The notes: generated by a model from the letters alone, not told the origin. A stretch of 59,283 nt of DNA from a virus (IMGVR_UViG_3300025118_000014:1-59283), one strand, 5' to 3'; shown: positions 45,709-54,933, counted from the stretch's first letter. Translations and numbers: made by a program.

Positions 45709-46260
45709 CTAAGCGATTTGTCGGTGAATTTGCATCAACTGGCTTGTGTAAGCCAATGAGCCGCCAGCCCAGTCAACGCCAGCGCGAAGAGCCTTGAAGC
45801 TATACTCGAAAGAGTGCTCGTCTGCCGTGAAAGGAAGTGTAAGGCCACCGTTAGAAGAAGCCTTCCAGACGTTTACAAGCAGTGTGTCGCCAGTAACGGC
45901 CATCTGGTGCTCAACTTGAAGGGCAAGCTGAGTTACAAGTGGATCGCCACCAAACGCGAAGTGCTCTTCAGTGGAGGTCGTCGTGTGGACGCCAGCGCCG
46001 ATAGCTTTAGCGAAGTTGTCGAAGTTCCACTCGATTCCGGTAACGCTAAGTTGAACGCCCTGTGCTTGTGTGAAAACAAACACTGGAATCTTTGGGTTTC
46101 CTTGAGAGATGTCTCGCTTTTCAGCAGTAATTTCGATGTTGATACCGTCTTCAGTGATAGCGCCAACGTCAACGGTTGGGGTAGCACCAGCGGCACCTAA
46201 TCGGAAAATACCGGGACCGAAAGCGAAGTTATTTTCGGTATAAGTTGGAATGTTAGCCAT
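45709..46260 (-). CDS. Major tail tube protein
   Basis: FGPG.F......DVGA...G tube-protein pattern; terminator at ~45660-45687 downstream; position before the chaperones. Confidence 0.8.
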   Translation of the reverse strand: MANIPTYTENNFAFGPGIFRLGAAGATPTVDVGAITEDGINIEITAEKRDISQGNPKIPVFVFTQAQGVQLSVTGIEWNFDNFAKAIGAGVHTTTSTEEHFAFGGDPLVTQLALQVEHQMAVTGDTLLVNVWKASSNGGLTLPFTADEHSFEYSFKALRAGVDWAGGSLAYTSQLMQIHRQIA

Positions 46261-46285
46261 TTTAATCTCCAGATCTGTGAGAGTG

Positions 46286-46492
46286 TTATTGCTTGACCAG
46301 AGTCCATAGACCCATAGTCTTGTCGCAAGAATTACAAGTTAAGTTAATCTTCTCTTTCCTGTAACCGTCTGGAGTGTCTGCGCTGCGAGTGGATAATCCC
46401 TCTCCAGCATAGTCCAGAGCGCAACCGCACTCACAGCGTACGGCCATGTTGAGATTGCGCAGGTTTAAAGGTCGAGAATCAAAAGTGTTCAT
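46286..46492 (-). CDS. Small Zn-ribbon protein
   Basis: CECGC...C..C; may start at 46447 instead. Confidence 0.5.
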   Translation of the reverse strand: MNTFDSRPLNLRNLNMAVRCECGCALDYAGEGLSTRSADTPDGYRKEKINLTCNSCDKTMGLWTLVKQ

Positions 46493-46493
46493 A

Positions 46494-48221
46494 TTACAAA
46501 GTTCCTACATAGGTGAACAGTCCACGGATAAAATACCCGTCTACCTGTTGGTTATACCCGTCATGGGGCCGTTCTGTTTCACGTATCAGCCCTTTAGGTG
46601 AAAATCCATCCCGGTGTATCCTGGTATGTTGCAGTTTCGTCCTTACTAATTCGTACATTTGGGCAGCGTCAGAATAACCGTTCCTGGAGTACACGTAAAC
46701 TGCCACATTAACGGTTTGAACTCCGCCATGCCATCTGGCGTTACCGGAGATGGCCTCGACTATAATCCGAGGCATCTTGACTGATGATCCGTCGTCTCCG
46801 GGCTTCACTTGCTCGTGAGTTCCGACAATGCGTCCGTCTACGTGGTCGACCAATTCGTCAATCTCGAATAGCTCTCTAACGATCAGTGACTTCAGCCCAG
46901 GGATCCCCTGCTTTCCGGCCTCGTCAAGAGTGGGCATTGATTCCAGCACATCTTGCTTGGCGATGTTTGATAGGTCCGCCACCTGCACGTACAGGTGTGA
47001 GAGGTCGTCCGTAGTAGCAGCCGAGATTGACTTGTACTTGAACGACTCGCCTTCCAGCATGAAGTCGGCAATCATTGGCCCGTCGTTGTTGTTGTCTGTA
47101 GATCCAGAGTCTCCGGTGTAGTGGACAAGCGGGATTCTTGCGCCAGACGTCTTGTGGAAATTCAGGTCTATCCCTGCTGACGCCGAGTCGGCTTGTTCTG
47201 ACAGGGCCGAGACAATAGGCGCTGGCACTGCGAGGGTTTGCTCAACCCTTGGCATGCGTATGGTTCCGCGCTGAGGGGTAAAGTGCTGCACGCTCATGGC
47301 TGGATTGCTTGCCGTGTATGCCGAGATCTCGAATGAACCTGCGGCATTCACCGCGTTTGTGGCTGCAATATTTGTCTGGACGCCCTGCATGGTTGACGCT
47401 AGACCATTTCCTGGCCGCACTATGGGTATTTGACTGTGCAGTCTTCCGTTGCTTGCTTCGCTGTACCAGGACAAGTGCATCATTGTGTGATCGAAGTCTA
47501 GCGGCTTTGGATTGCCATCCCAGTCGATGATGGTGTGCTGCGTGTAGCTTAGTGGGTTCTCGAAGTCAGGAACAACATTAGTGTGGGTGAAATCCTGCCT
47601 GTAAACTTCCCACTCAGACCCCCACTCGATAACCTGAAGCGTTGTGGTCATGGCTGCATTCAGCACGAAGCCGAAGTTGGAGAACTTTTTAACCTCAAGG
47701 TCGGTGTTGCTTGTAAGGATCTCACGAGTAATGTTAGAACCCAGGGCGGAACCCCCTCCAGCACCTGCTCCCCACATTCCTCCGACTACCCAGCACTGCT
47801 TGAAGTCAGAGACCCCGGACACGGTCTCGGAGTACGTGACGATCCCTGTGGATGTTGTTGCTGGATGATTGATGACCTTGGTGTCGCAAAGCCTGAAGCC
47901 ATTAGGGTCCGACCCATCCAGGCACTCCGTGATTGTCATGTGCACGCGTGGCGCTCTGGATGTGTTGGACTGGTTCTCGATAACTAGAAAGTTGCCGCCA
48001 GACGATCCGAGATCACCAGAACCATATGGGTCTGCAATAACCCGGAAGCTCGCCCGGCTTGGCTGATAGCCTTCGTTATTATCGGGATCAGGCGCACAAT
48101 GGAATACCACAAAGTAATTGCTAGACAGCGTTTGATCAAGCGGGACAACATGAAACCTCCTCAACTCGTCAACAACGTGATGCAGCTTAATTTGTGTTAC
48201 TCTAAATAGGTTTCTGCTCAT
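46494..48221 (-). CDS. Tail terminator-like domain fused to a large N-terminal beta domain
   Basis: C-terminal ~140 aa L...VDGRI...P.I.......V.V.VYS...A......V...L of the gp17/DUF3168 type; N-terminus paralogous to the tail-tip protein. Confidence 0.7.
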   Translation of the reverse strand: MSRNLFRVTQIKLHHVVDELRRFHVVPLDQTLSSNYFVVFHCAPDPDNNEGYQPSRASFRVIADPYGSGDLGSSGGNFLVIENQSNTSRAPRVHMTITECLDGSDPNGFRLCDTKVINHPATTSTGIVTYSETVSGVSDFKQCWVVGGMWGAGAGGGSALGSNITREILTSNTDLEVKKFSNFGFVLNAAMTTTLQVIEWGSEWEVYRQDFTHTNVVPDFENPLSYTQHTIIDWDGNPKPLDFDHTMMHLSWYSEASNGRLHSQIPIVRPGNGLASTMQGVQTNIAATNAVNAAGSFEISAYTASNPAMSVQHFTPQRGTIRMPRVEQTLAVPAPIVSALSEQADSASAGIDLNFHKTSGARIPLVHYTGDSGSTDNNNDGPMIADFMLEGESFKYKSISAATTDDLSHLYVQVADLSNIAKQDVLESMPTLDEAGKQGIPGLKSLIVRELFEIDELVDHVDGRIVGTHEQVKPGDDGSSVKMPRIIVEAISGNARWHGGVQTVNVAVYVYSRNGYSDAAQMYELVRTKLQHTRIHRDGFSPKGLIRETERPHDGYNQQVDGYFIRGLFTYVGTL

Positions 48222-48260
48222 CAGTCGCTCCGATTAGATCAGGAGTGTTATACCCCTGGA

Positions 48261-48926
48261 TCATTTAAATGACCACCTGACATCCAACTTTCCGAACCTC
48301 CCTTTCGGCCCTCGCTCCCTGATTGTGTCAACCATGGCCTTCTTCATCTTTTTAACGGTCCCTGGCTCGTTCAATGTCTCGTTGATAACGTCTCGGCCCC
48401 GAAGAACCCTAGTTCCGTCTATCACATACTTGGCGTATGGGGCCACCGCCTCATCAAACTTGACCTCATACGTCGAACCGTGCTGGTTGCCCCTGCTCAC
48501 AACTCTTAAAGCGTCAAGCATCCTACCATCTTGATCGTGAATCTCGTAGGGCTTCATTCCGCCAATTCTTGTCGACCCCGCTCCATGCCTCTTAGCGTAA
48601 GGGTGATCCATTCTCTGCAGGTCGCTTTTCGAGTGCTTTGTGCTAGACATGTTCTCCCGAACTGCCTGATGCAGGACCTCCGCTGCTGCACGCATCGCCT
48701 GTCTGCCCGCCTGCTTCACCTTTCTAATGTCCCTTTTTGTTGATCTGAGCGTCAATCGGTACGAGTCCATGTCAAGAACCAGCTTGACGTCTCCCATTCC
48801 TTTATCGGACGGACTGCCCCCCGAAGTCAGGCCTCGAACCGCGCTCCTTCCGAACCTAGTAGCGAACTTCTTGCTCGCCTGACTTGTGATCAGCCTTCCT
48901 GCTGCAGCTATAAGTGGGATGGCCAT
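48261..48926 (-). CDS. HK97 gp10-like tail completion (neck) protein
   Basis: Basic; G.M..AL...APYAKYV.DGT motif. Confidence 0.75.
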   Translation of the reverse strand: MAIPLIAAAGRLITSQASKKFATRFGRSAVRGLTSGGSPSDKGMGDVKLVLDMDSYRLTLRSTKRDIRKVKQAGRQAMRAAAEVLHQAVRENMSSTKHSKSDLQRMDHPYAKRHGAGSTRIGGMKPYEIHDQDGRMLDALRVVSRGNQHGSTYEVKFDEAVAPYAKYVIDGTRVLRGRDVINETLNEPGTVKKMKKAMVDTIRERGPKGRFGKLDVRWSFK

Positions 48927-48961
48927 AAGGGGGTACTCCGAGTAACTGCTCGGTTATATCC

Positions 48962-50767
48962 CTATTCGAAGGAAGGCACCTCAAAAGAAATCCCTGGCAG
49001 AGGCAGGCCCTTCTCCCGCAGTCCCTTTGGAGTGCCGAGCAGGGGTCGTTCTGGAGCCAGCTTTGTCAGGACTTCGTGAAGCGCCTTTGTTGATTCGTGT
49101 GAACCGTGACCCTGCGAGATCCGGTCAAGGACATTCCCATAATAACGCTTAGCTTCTCTAAGGTGATATGATCCAAGTTCTCGGTGTGGCAGGTACGATC
49201 CCCCGGAGCACTTGACCCCGTTTTGGTAGCACTCGACGGCCTCATCAATGGAACCATCGTTCTCACACTGCAAGCCAAGCGCAACCCACGCCTGCACGCA
49301 GTCCTTGTCATGCTTCAACTCTTCCAGTAGCAGGGCCGTGTACTTGGCCAGCTTGGCGTCAATCTGTTCATCGTCCATGGCTTGGCCTGTATTGACCATG
49401 ATGAAAGGAGCATACTGGCACTTAGGGTGGATGCCCGCTCCACGGATGTTGTTCAAGGAATCTCCAAAACCCTCGTGGATCCTGCCATTCATCCGCATGG
49501 TTCCGTTTCCGTCCAGCCTAGTCATGCGCAGGGTCTCGGACTCGCTTGATTGACCGTCCCGCTGAATGTTCTCGAACTTGACCATCCATCCCCAACAGTT
49601 AGTAATGTCTGCCATTCTGCGAATGTCACGAGCCATTTGCTGCCAGTCTTCACATACCTCGTCAGGGTCGAAGAATAACGCCCAAGCGCATCCCTTGGAC
49701 TCAAGGTAATCGATTCCCGCGTTACGGGCTTCAGCCAAGTGCTTGTCTAGCGGCTTGTAGATCAACTCGGCCTTGTATAACTCAACAACCTTAAGCATCT
49801 CGTCGCTGATCTTATCTTTATCGCCCGTCCATACGACGGCTATATGATCAACGATACTGTAAAGCTCGTCAAAGAGCCTCACATAGTCCTCTGGGCTTTC
49901 TTTCTCGTATGCGAGAACGTGGAGCCCAATTCCGTTCTTAGACACCACCTTGCCCATCTGTAGGCCCTCGTCGTCCAATATATACGTGTGATTCACTCCC
50001 GGCTGCTCCTGTCTTGCGCGCATAAAGGCTCTGACCCGGTCGTCCTGGTTTACAAGGCCGTAAGAGCGTGTACGAACAGCGCATTCTTTAGCAAGCGCTT
50101 CGCCCTCGATTTCCGCGTTGCGGTACATCTTGATGCTTCCCTGCTGACCGCGATACTTGTTGTTGTCTCCCCACGGAGCGTCAACTCGATATAGGCTCGT
50201 GCTATCCCAGTGTGTGTACCAAGACATTCCGTAGCCCATTACGTTGGGGTTAGGGTGGGTCATCAGTCGCTCGATGTGTTCTCGCCCGATTCGGTCTTCG
50301 AGAACGTCGTCCTGATCCAGATACATGATCCAGTCAGGCTCGGTCTCTTTCGCCACTTCCATGGCGCCAGCCATCTCTAGCTCAGGGGAGAAGTCGCCCT
50401 GGTACAATTTGGCCTCTGCACGCTTAGCGATGTTGCCCTTGGTCTTCCCTGCGATAGAAGCAACCCACCCGGCAGTAGCCTTTCGGATCGCTTCAATCTC
50501 ACCCTTAGCGCAAACTTGGAACCAAGTCAGATCGTCCCTGGACCAGTTGGATTCATTCTCCTTCCAGTCGCTGGCCTCTGATGCCGACAGAGGATTGTCC
50601 ACCAAGAGGATCGCGATAGCGTCTGCTACCGTACATGATTTCTGGATGCTAGACTTTAGCGTGAAGATGTCGTGCGCAGACATCAGTCTGGCCTTGTACA
50701 GAACTGTGAGCGTCTGCTCTGCCTGCGTAGACTCCTGGTTCTTAGAATAAAGTGATAGCTTAGACAT
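48962..50767 (-). CDS. Tandem GT2-like glycosyltransferase with C-terminal TPRs
   Basis: DWIMYLDQDD and WALFFDPDE DxD motifs, AEARNAG, GRIHE; TPR AWVALG...EAVECYQ. Confidence 0.8.
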   Translation of the reverse strand: MSKLSLYSKNQESTQAEQTLTVLYKARLMSAHDIFTLKSSIQKSCTVADAIAILLVDNPLSASEASDWKENESNWSRDDLTWFQVCAKGEIEAIRKATAGWVASIAGKTKGNIAKRAEAKLYQGDFSPELEMAGAMEVAKETEPDWIMYLDQDDVLEDRIGREHIERLMTHPNPNVMGYGMSWYTHWDSTSLYRVDAPWGDNNKYRGQQGSIKMYRNAEIEGEALAKECAVRTRSYGLVNQDDRVRAFMRARQEQPGVNHTYILDDEGLQMGKVVSKNGIGLHVLAYEKESPEDYVRLFDELYSIVDHIAVVWTGDKDKISDEMLKVVELYKAELIYKPLDKHLAEARNAGIDYLESKGCAWALFFDPDEVCEDWQQMARDIRRMADITNCWGWMVKFENIQRDGQSSESETLRMTRLDGNGTMRMNGRIHEGFGDSLNNIRGAGIHPKCQYAPFIMVNTGQAMDDEQIDAKLAKYTALLLEELKHDKDCVQAWVALGLQCENDGSIDEAVECYQNGVKCSGGSYLPHRELGSYHLREAKRYYGNVLDRISQGHGSHESTKALHEVLTKLAPERPLLGTPKGLREKGLPLPGISFEVPSFE

Positions 50768-50823
50768 TAGTCCTCCTCATTTGTTCAATAGGGTTATACC
50801 CCTACAGAGGAAGGTTGTCAAGC

Positions 50824-51468
50824 CTATTCCTGGCTTTCAGGGTCTCCGTGATCTCTCTTGACGCATACGACTTCCCAGTGGTGGAATCGTCTTCCCCCAC
50901 GGTATATCTTGATCCCGGACACAAGCCACTCCTCGCCCGTATCGTCATCGACTATAAAGTCTCCAACCAATGGAGTGAAGTCTGTGGTGTGCTGGATGGC
51001 GATCATGCAGCTAGAGTCAGCGCGTACGCCCAGCTTGACGGTGTTGACCTCTTGTTCTCCACGGTAGCTGATTGCTCCACGAGTGTTGGCAACAACTGTC
51101 GAGTCCAAGCCTATAACCGCTGACCCGTCAGAACCGGACACTCTCAGGTCTATGGTTGCGCCAGAAATTCCAAGGTCACCCTGCACGCTCGTGATCTCTG
51201 CAAGCGTCTTGTCTCCAACGAACCAGCCATTTCTCTCAACCAGTATATCTTCAGTCAACGGACTGCCAGCAGCGTCTATCCCGCTAACATGCAGAACGCC
51301 TGAACCAGAAACACCTGAAGCCTTCCCCTTGATAAAGGAAGGCACTGAAGGCGTGTAGCTAACTGGCTGAATCAGTCCAGTCAAGACGATGTCTGACGAC
51401 GCAACGCTGGAGCCCTCCCTCTTGATTGTGAGATTGCTTGAGGCTAAGCTAAAGATCGACATGGGCAC
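50824..51468 (-). CDS. Head closure/stopper-like protein with an extra domain
   Basis: C-terminal GD.IVD...W.V..I....HHWEV.C pattern of gp16-like proteins. Confidence 0.6.
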   Translation of the reverse strand: MPMSIFSLASSNLTIKREGSSVASSDIVLTGLIQPVSYTPSVPSFIKGKASGVSGSGVLHVSGIDAAGSPLTEDILVERNGWFVGDKTLAEITSVQGDLGISGATIDLRVSGSDGSAVIGLDSTVVANTRGAISYRGEQEVNTVKLGVRADSSCMIAIQHTTDFTPLVGDFIVDDDTGEEWLVSGIKIYRGGRRFHHWEVVCVKRDHGDPESQE

Positions 51469-51512
51469 TCCACTTGGTTCGAAGTGGTTATACCCCTGCC
51501 AATACGTTTAGC

Positions 51513-52013
51513 TTAACGGCTGCGAGTCTTATTGAAGTGCTCAACCAGCGAATAACCAAACGGGTAGCACCTGTGTACCCTGCCACCATTGTACTCACAC
51601 TTCTTTAGGTGAGCCATGAAGATGGCGAAATCATATGGGCACTCGAAGATTACTTCGTTGGCCTGCTGCTCAGAGACCCAATGTCCGTTCGCGCTGCGCT
51701 TGCGGAACAAAGTTCCCCCAGCACGGATTGCTTCGTGCTCTCTGACGGTCCCTTCAAGTATAGTGACGAACTCGATTCCGCCGTCAATCTCACCACTTGC
51801 GCCAGACTTGTTCTTGTACGACAAGCCCTCGCCACTGACGTGGAAGACGGCCTTCTCGTAATCAACTCCAGCCTCGGCCCTGTTGTAGAACAGCACTAAG
51901 GTCAGAGATTTGCTACGCTGCTGCAGTATGATGTTCGGAACGAACGAGGAGTCCGTCATCTGGAACCCCATCTGAGTCGCCTTGTTTGTGATCCTAAATA
52001 GTTTGTCTGACAT
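51513..52013 (-). CDS. Hypothetical protein with its own GATC-containing sigma70 promoter
   Basis: GGAGG RBS; TTGACT-N17-TATAAC at 52037-52065. Confidence 0.75.
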   Translation of the reverse strand: MSDKLFRITNKATQMGFQMTDSSFVPNIILQQRSKSLTLVLFYNRAEAGVDYEKAVFHVSGEGLSYKNKSGASGEIDGGIEFVTILEGTVREHEAIRAGGTLFRKRSANGHWVSEQQANEVIFECPYDFAIFMAHLKKCEYNGGRVHRCYPFGYSLVEHFNKTRSR

Positions 52014-52070
52014 GTTTCCTCCGGTGTTGTGAGTACGTTATACACACTACGATCCGGACAGTCAACAACT

Positions 52071-52880
52071 TTAGGAGAAAATCATTAGTTCCCGAGTCAG
52101 GATCGCAGAACCCCTCGCATAGTCAGTGTCGGGCACATAGCCGGTAAGATTGGCTAGGTCGCGGTTCAACTTGCCGTTCTCTGGCCCCTCGACCACGACG
52201 AGTTCGAATGCGTCCAGGTTGTGCCTATTGCTCGAAAGCTGCACGATGGCCTTACACAGATCGTCGATGTACAAGGGATGGCTGTCAGGCTCTCCCAGGG
52301 AAACTCCCCCGTTACGGTGCAACTGGTTATGGTACGCGCGTGATCCTCTTCCTTGCCCAGGGCCGTATACTTCTGCTGGAGACACTACGATGATGTTTCC
52401 AAAGAAGTCCTGCTCCTGCACGTTTGCTAGGTACTCTGCCGCAAAGTTGTGTCCCACCGGATCTCTTCGGTTGTGAAGGTGTATCAGCTTGGACTGCTTG
52501 CCCAGGAAAACACTCTGCTCTCGCCTTGCCTGTACGATGTTGTCGAGTCCCTCAGACAGGCTCTTGAGCACGTCCACACGGTCCTCCGACTCAAGGTCGC
52601 CAGCGCAGTTGATGATAACGTCAGGGTTGAATGACAGCACTCTCGTCCGCACATTCTCGAAGTCCTGGATGTCGTTACCTTCTCCCGCAAGAACCCCAAC
52701 CTTTCCATGCTCTGGCGGTCCGAGTCTAAACGGGACAGAGTTCATCTGAAGCCTGTTTAGGTTGTAGGTCGCCTGTGCGGACCCACGGTCACACACTAGC
52801 ACCTCCATTCCCACGCTATACATCTCTTCTGTTAGACTGGAACCGATGAATCCCATGCCACCAAAAATTAAAACTTTCAT
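52071..52880 (-). CDS. NAD-dependent epimerase/dehydratase-like SDR, apparently degenerate
   Basis: KVLIFGGMGFIGS Rossmann motif, PDVIINCAG, VYGPG, LYIDDL; no YxxxK. Confidence 0.8.
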   Translation of the reverse strand: MKVLIFGGMGFIGSSLTEEMYSVGMEVLVCDRGSAQATYNLNRLQMNSVPFRLGPPEHGKVGVLAGEGNDIQDFENVRTRVLSFNPDVIINCAGDLESEDRVDVLKSLSEGLDNIVQARREQSVFLGKQSKLIHLHNRRDPVGHNFAAEYLANVQEQDFFGNIIVVSPAEVYGPGQGRGSRAYHNQLHRNGGVSLGEPDSHPLYIDDLCKAIVQLSSNRHNLDAFELVVVEGPENGKLNRDLANLTGYVPDTDYARGSAILTRELMIFS

Positions 52881-52881
52881 G

Positions 52882-53238
52882 TTATCCTCCATAAAGTTCA
52901 ATCATTATAGACACTATAGTCTCCCTGTCAAGTGGAATTCCTGTTGCACTGTGCGCAACAATGGCTTCAAGTAGCGCGTCCCACACTATCCCGAGCGGAA
53001 TACCGCTCTCCTGGGCACACATGATCGTGTTGAGCATGTTCTCGGACAGCGCTAAAGATAACTCCGCGACGTCTCCTGATTCAAGCGCATTTGAGCACTC
53101 TTCTGCGGACATCTTCATCTTGGCGGAGCATCCCCTTACTGTCGGGTAGTCCGGTATTGAAGGTCTGTCCGAAACGGAGTGCGTTCCAGCGATTACTGAA
53201 AGGCACTCTGCATCTTCCCACGGTGTCCACTTCTTCAC
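52882..53238 (-). CDS. MazG/PRA-PH-like all-alpha NTP pyrophosphatase, divergent
   Basis: EE....LESGD..E...AL........GIPL..VW pattern. Confidence 0.5.
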   Translation of the reverse strand: MKKWTPWEDAECLSVIAGTHSVSDRPSIPDYPTVRGCSAKMKMSAEECSNALESGDVAELSLALSENMLNTIMCAQESGIPLGIVWDALLEAIVAHSATGIPLDRETIVSIMIELYGG

Positions 53239-53254
53239 GGTTCCTCCTTGAGAG

Positions 53255-53324
53255 ACACAAAAGGGGCCGAAGCCCCTTGAGTATCCTGTACGCGGCTTAA
53301 TGTGCGCGCTGGATCACCTCTCAC
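53255..53324 (-). ncRNA. Putative late small RNA complementary to the 16S rRNA 3' end
   Basis: Lies between the GGGTATAAC promoter (53329-53337) and terminator AAGGGGC-TTCG-GCCCCTTTT (53259-53278); contains GAGGTGATCCAGC. Confidence 0.5.
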
Positions 53325-53336
53325 TGTAGTTATACC

Positions 53337-53747
53337 CTAAGAGATACGTTTAATGTACGACTTAATGTGCTTGATGACTGTTTTTCTTGGCTTGCCGTAC
53401 TTGTTGTCTCCAGCATTCTCTGCGTCAAGCATCTTGTTGGCGTATTCCAGGTCTGGCTCGTGCTCTCGCAGCCAGTTGTCTACCAAGCTGGCAGGAATGT
53501 CTAGCCCGTAGTAATCTCCTGAATCTTCGTTCTTGATCTCTTCAGGGTACACTGGACCGCTGTCCATTACCGCTGGCTCTTCTGGGGCCTCTTTCCAACG
53601 TCGGATCATAAGCGTTCGCTTTCCTCCGCTAGTCTTTGGCTCTGCGTATGCGTAACCATCGTCACCCTTGCGGACTCGGATGACCTCACCCGGCGAGTGG
53701 ATCTTCTTTGGGCACGGGCGCCCCTGTAGCTTCTTTCTCATTAACAT
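53337..53747 (-). CDS. Hypothetical head-module protein with a C-terminal E..G..RK.VI helical domain
   Basis: TAATG coupling to the adaptor gene; motif shared with 54323..54844. Confidence 0.7.
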   Translation of the reverse strand: MLMRKKLQGRPCPKKIHSPGEVIRVRKGDDGYAYAEPKTSGGKRTLMIRRWKEAPEEPAVMDSGPVYPEEIKNEDSGDYYGLDIPASLVDNWLREHEPDLEYANKMLDAENAGDNKYGKPRKTVIKHIKSYIKRIS

Positions 53748-54313
53748 TAGTATGTTCTCCCAGGAATAACGGCCATGTATCGAGACACGATACGGTACAC
53801 GATGGGTGGCCATCCTCCAAAATCGCCCTGATCACCACGCTCGAACTTCTTATAAGAGTACGCTCCGATTGTCTCGGACTGCTTATCGTCAGTCTTCTTC
53901 ATGATGTCCACGGCCAGTAATGTGATCGCTTGGTCGAGGTCTGCTGGAATAGCTGGGAACCCTGAAAGGTACTCAACTGTTACAGTCTGTCGCCCATAAG
54001 CGAATTCTGCAGCCCTGCCTGTAAGGCACAACCATCGGTCGGCCCTGGTGTAGTGGTCGTCCGATGCTAGGGCTGAATCTCCGTTTGTCACGGATGTGAT
54101 AGAGTTAGCCCAACGTCGAAGCCTGAGCGTATCTTGCCCTGACTCCTCAACGTCGTACTTCTCTGTATACGTGGCTTCGGATAGACTGTCTAAATCAAGT
54201 GCTTCAGCAATCTCTGCTTCTGCGGACAATGAGGCTGCCAAGATGATCCCGTCTTGCGACGTATCGCTCGCATTCAGCCCCAAGTAACTTTTAATGTCGT
54301 CTACCCTTGCCAT
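53747..54313 (-). CDS. Head-tail adaptor (gp15/gp6-like)
   Basis: V.DIKSYLG...D...V.V.Y..GF..IP.DL..A...SETIG.YSY pattern. Confidence 0.85.
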   Translation of the reverse strand: MARVDDIKSYLGLNASDTSQDGIILAASLSAEAEIAEALDLDSLSEATYTEKYDVEESGQDTLRLRRWANSITSVTNGDSALASDDHYTRADRWLCLTGRAAEFAYGRQTVTVEYLSGFPAIPADLDQAITLLAVDIMKKTDDKQSETIGAYSYKKFERGDQGDFGGWPPIVYRIVSRYMAVIPGRTY

Positions 54314-54322
54314 ACTGTACCC

Positions 54323-54844
54323 CTACTTGATCTGGTTCATACGCTTAGTGATTGCGGCAATTACGCTCTTGCGGTTGCCTTCTCTCTTCTCTTGTACCAC
54401 TAAATCGGCCAAATGCTTATCAAGCTCTCCGAGACCCAGCGCTGTTCTCATGCGAGAAGCGTTCTTTGAAGCCAAGTATGCAGCAGCGTCAAATTCTGGC
54501 TGCTCTTCTGCAACTTCCACAGTCTCTTCAACTACAGGAGCTTCAACAACTTCTGGCTTTTTCTGCCAGTATGTTTCGCGGCTTCGGATGTCTTCAGAGA
54601 TGTCAATCCAACCTAAACGCCATGCGCGCTCAGCGAGGTACTTTGTTCGTGGGTAGATGGCAACAACAACCTCTCCGTCGTACCGCAGCTTGCTGCTGTT
54701 CTGTACTTCAGAGTAATTCTGTACCTTGTACACTAAACTAGGATCTCGGTCACGACGAATCATGATCGCCTTGCACTGGATGTCTTTCATTGGGTGATCA
54801 GGGCTTTCAAGCTCTGGCTCGTACTTGTATTTGTAATTAATCAT
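54323..54844 (-). CDS. Hypothetical head-module protein with a C-terminal E..G.RKSVI helical domain
   Basis: Directly after the MCP; late motif at 54872-54879. Confidence 0.75.
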   Translation of the reverse strand: MINYKYKYEPELESPDHPMKDIQCKAIMIRRDRDPSLVYKVQNYSEVQNSSKLRYDGEVVVAIYPRTKYLAERAWRLGWIDISEDIRSRETYWQKKPEVVEAPVVEETVEVAEEQPEFDAAAYLASKNASRMRTALGLGELDKHLADLVVQEKREGNRKSVIAAITKRMNQIK

Positions 54845-54900
54845 ATCAACTCCGTCATTAGTTCTGTCTGGTTATACCCTCGTTAGCACACTAATGAATC

Positions 54901-54933
54901 AAAAAAGAACGGGCAGCCACCGTGACTACCCGC
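54901..54933 (-). terminator. Intrinsic terminator
   Basis: CGGGTAGTCAC-G-GTGGCTGCCCG stem followed by TTCTTTTTT. Confidence 0.65.
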
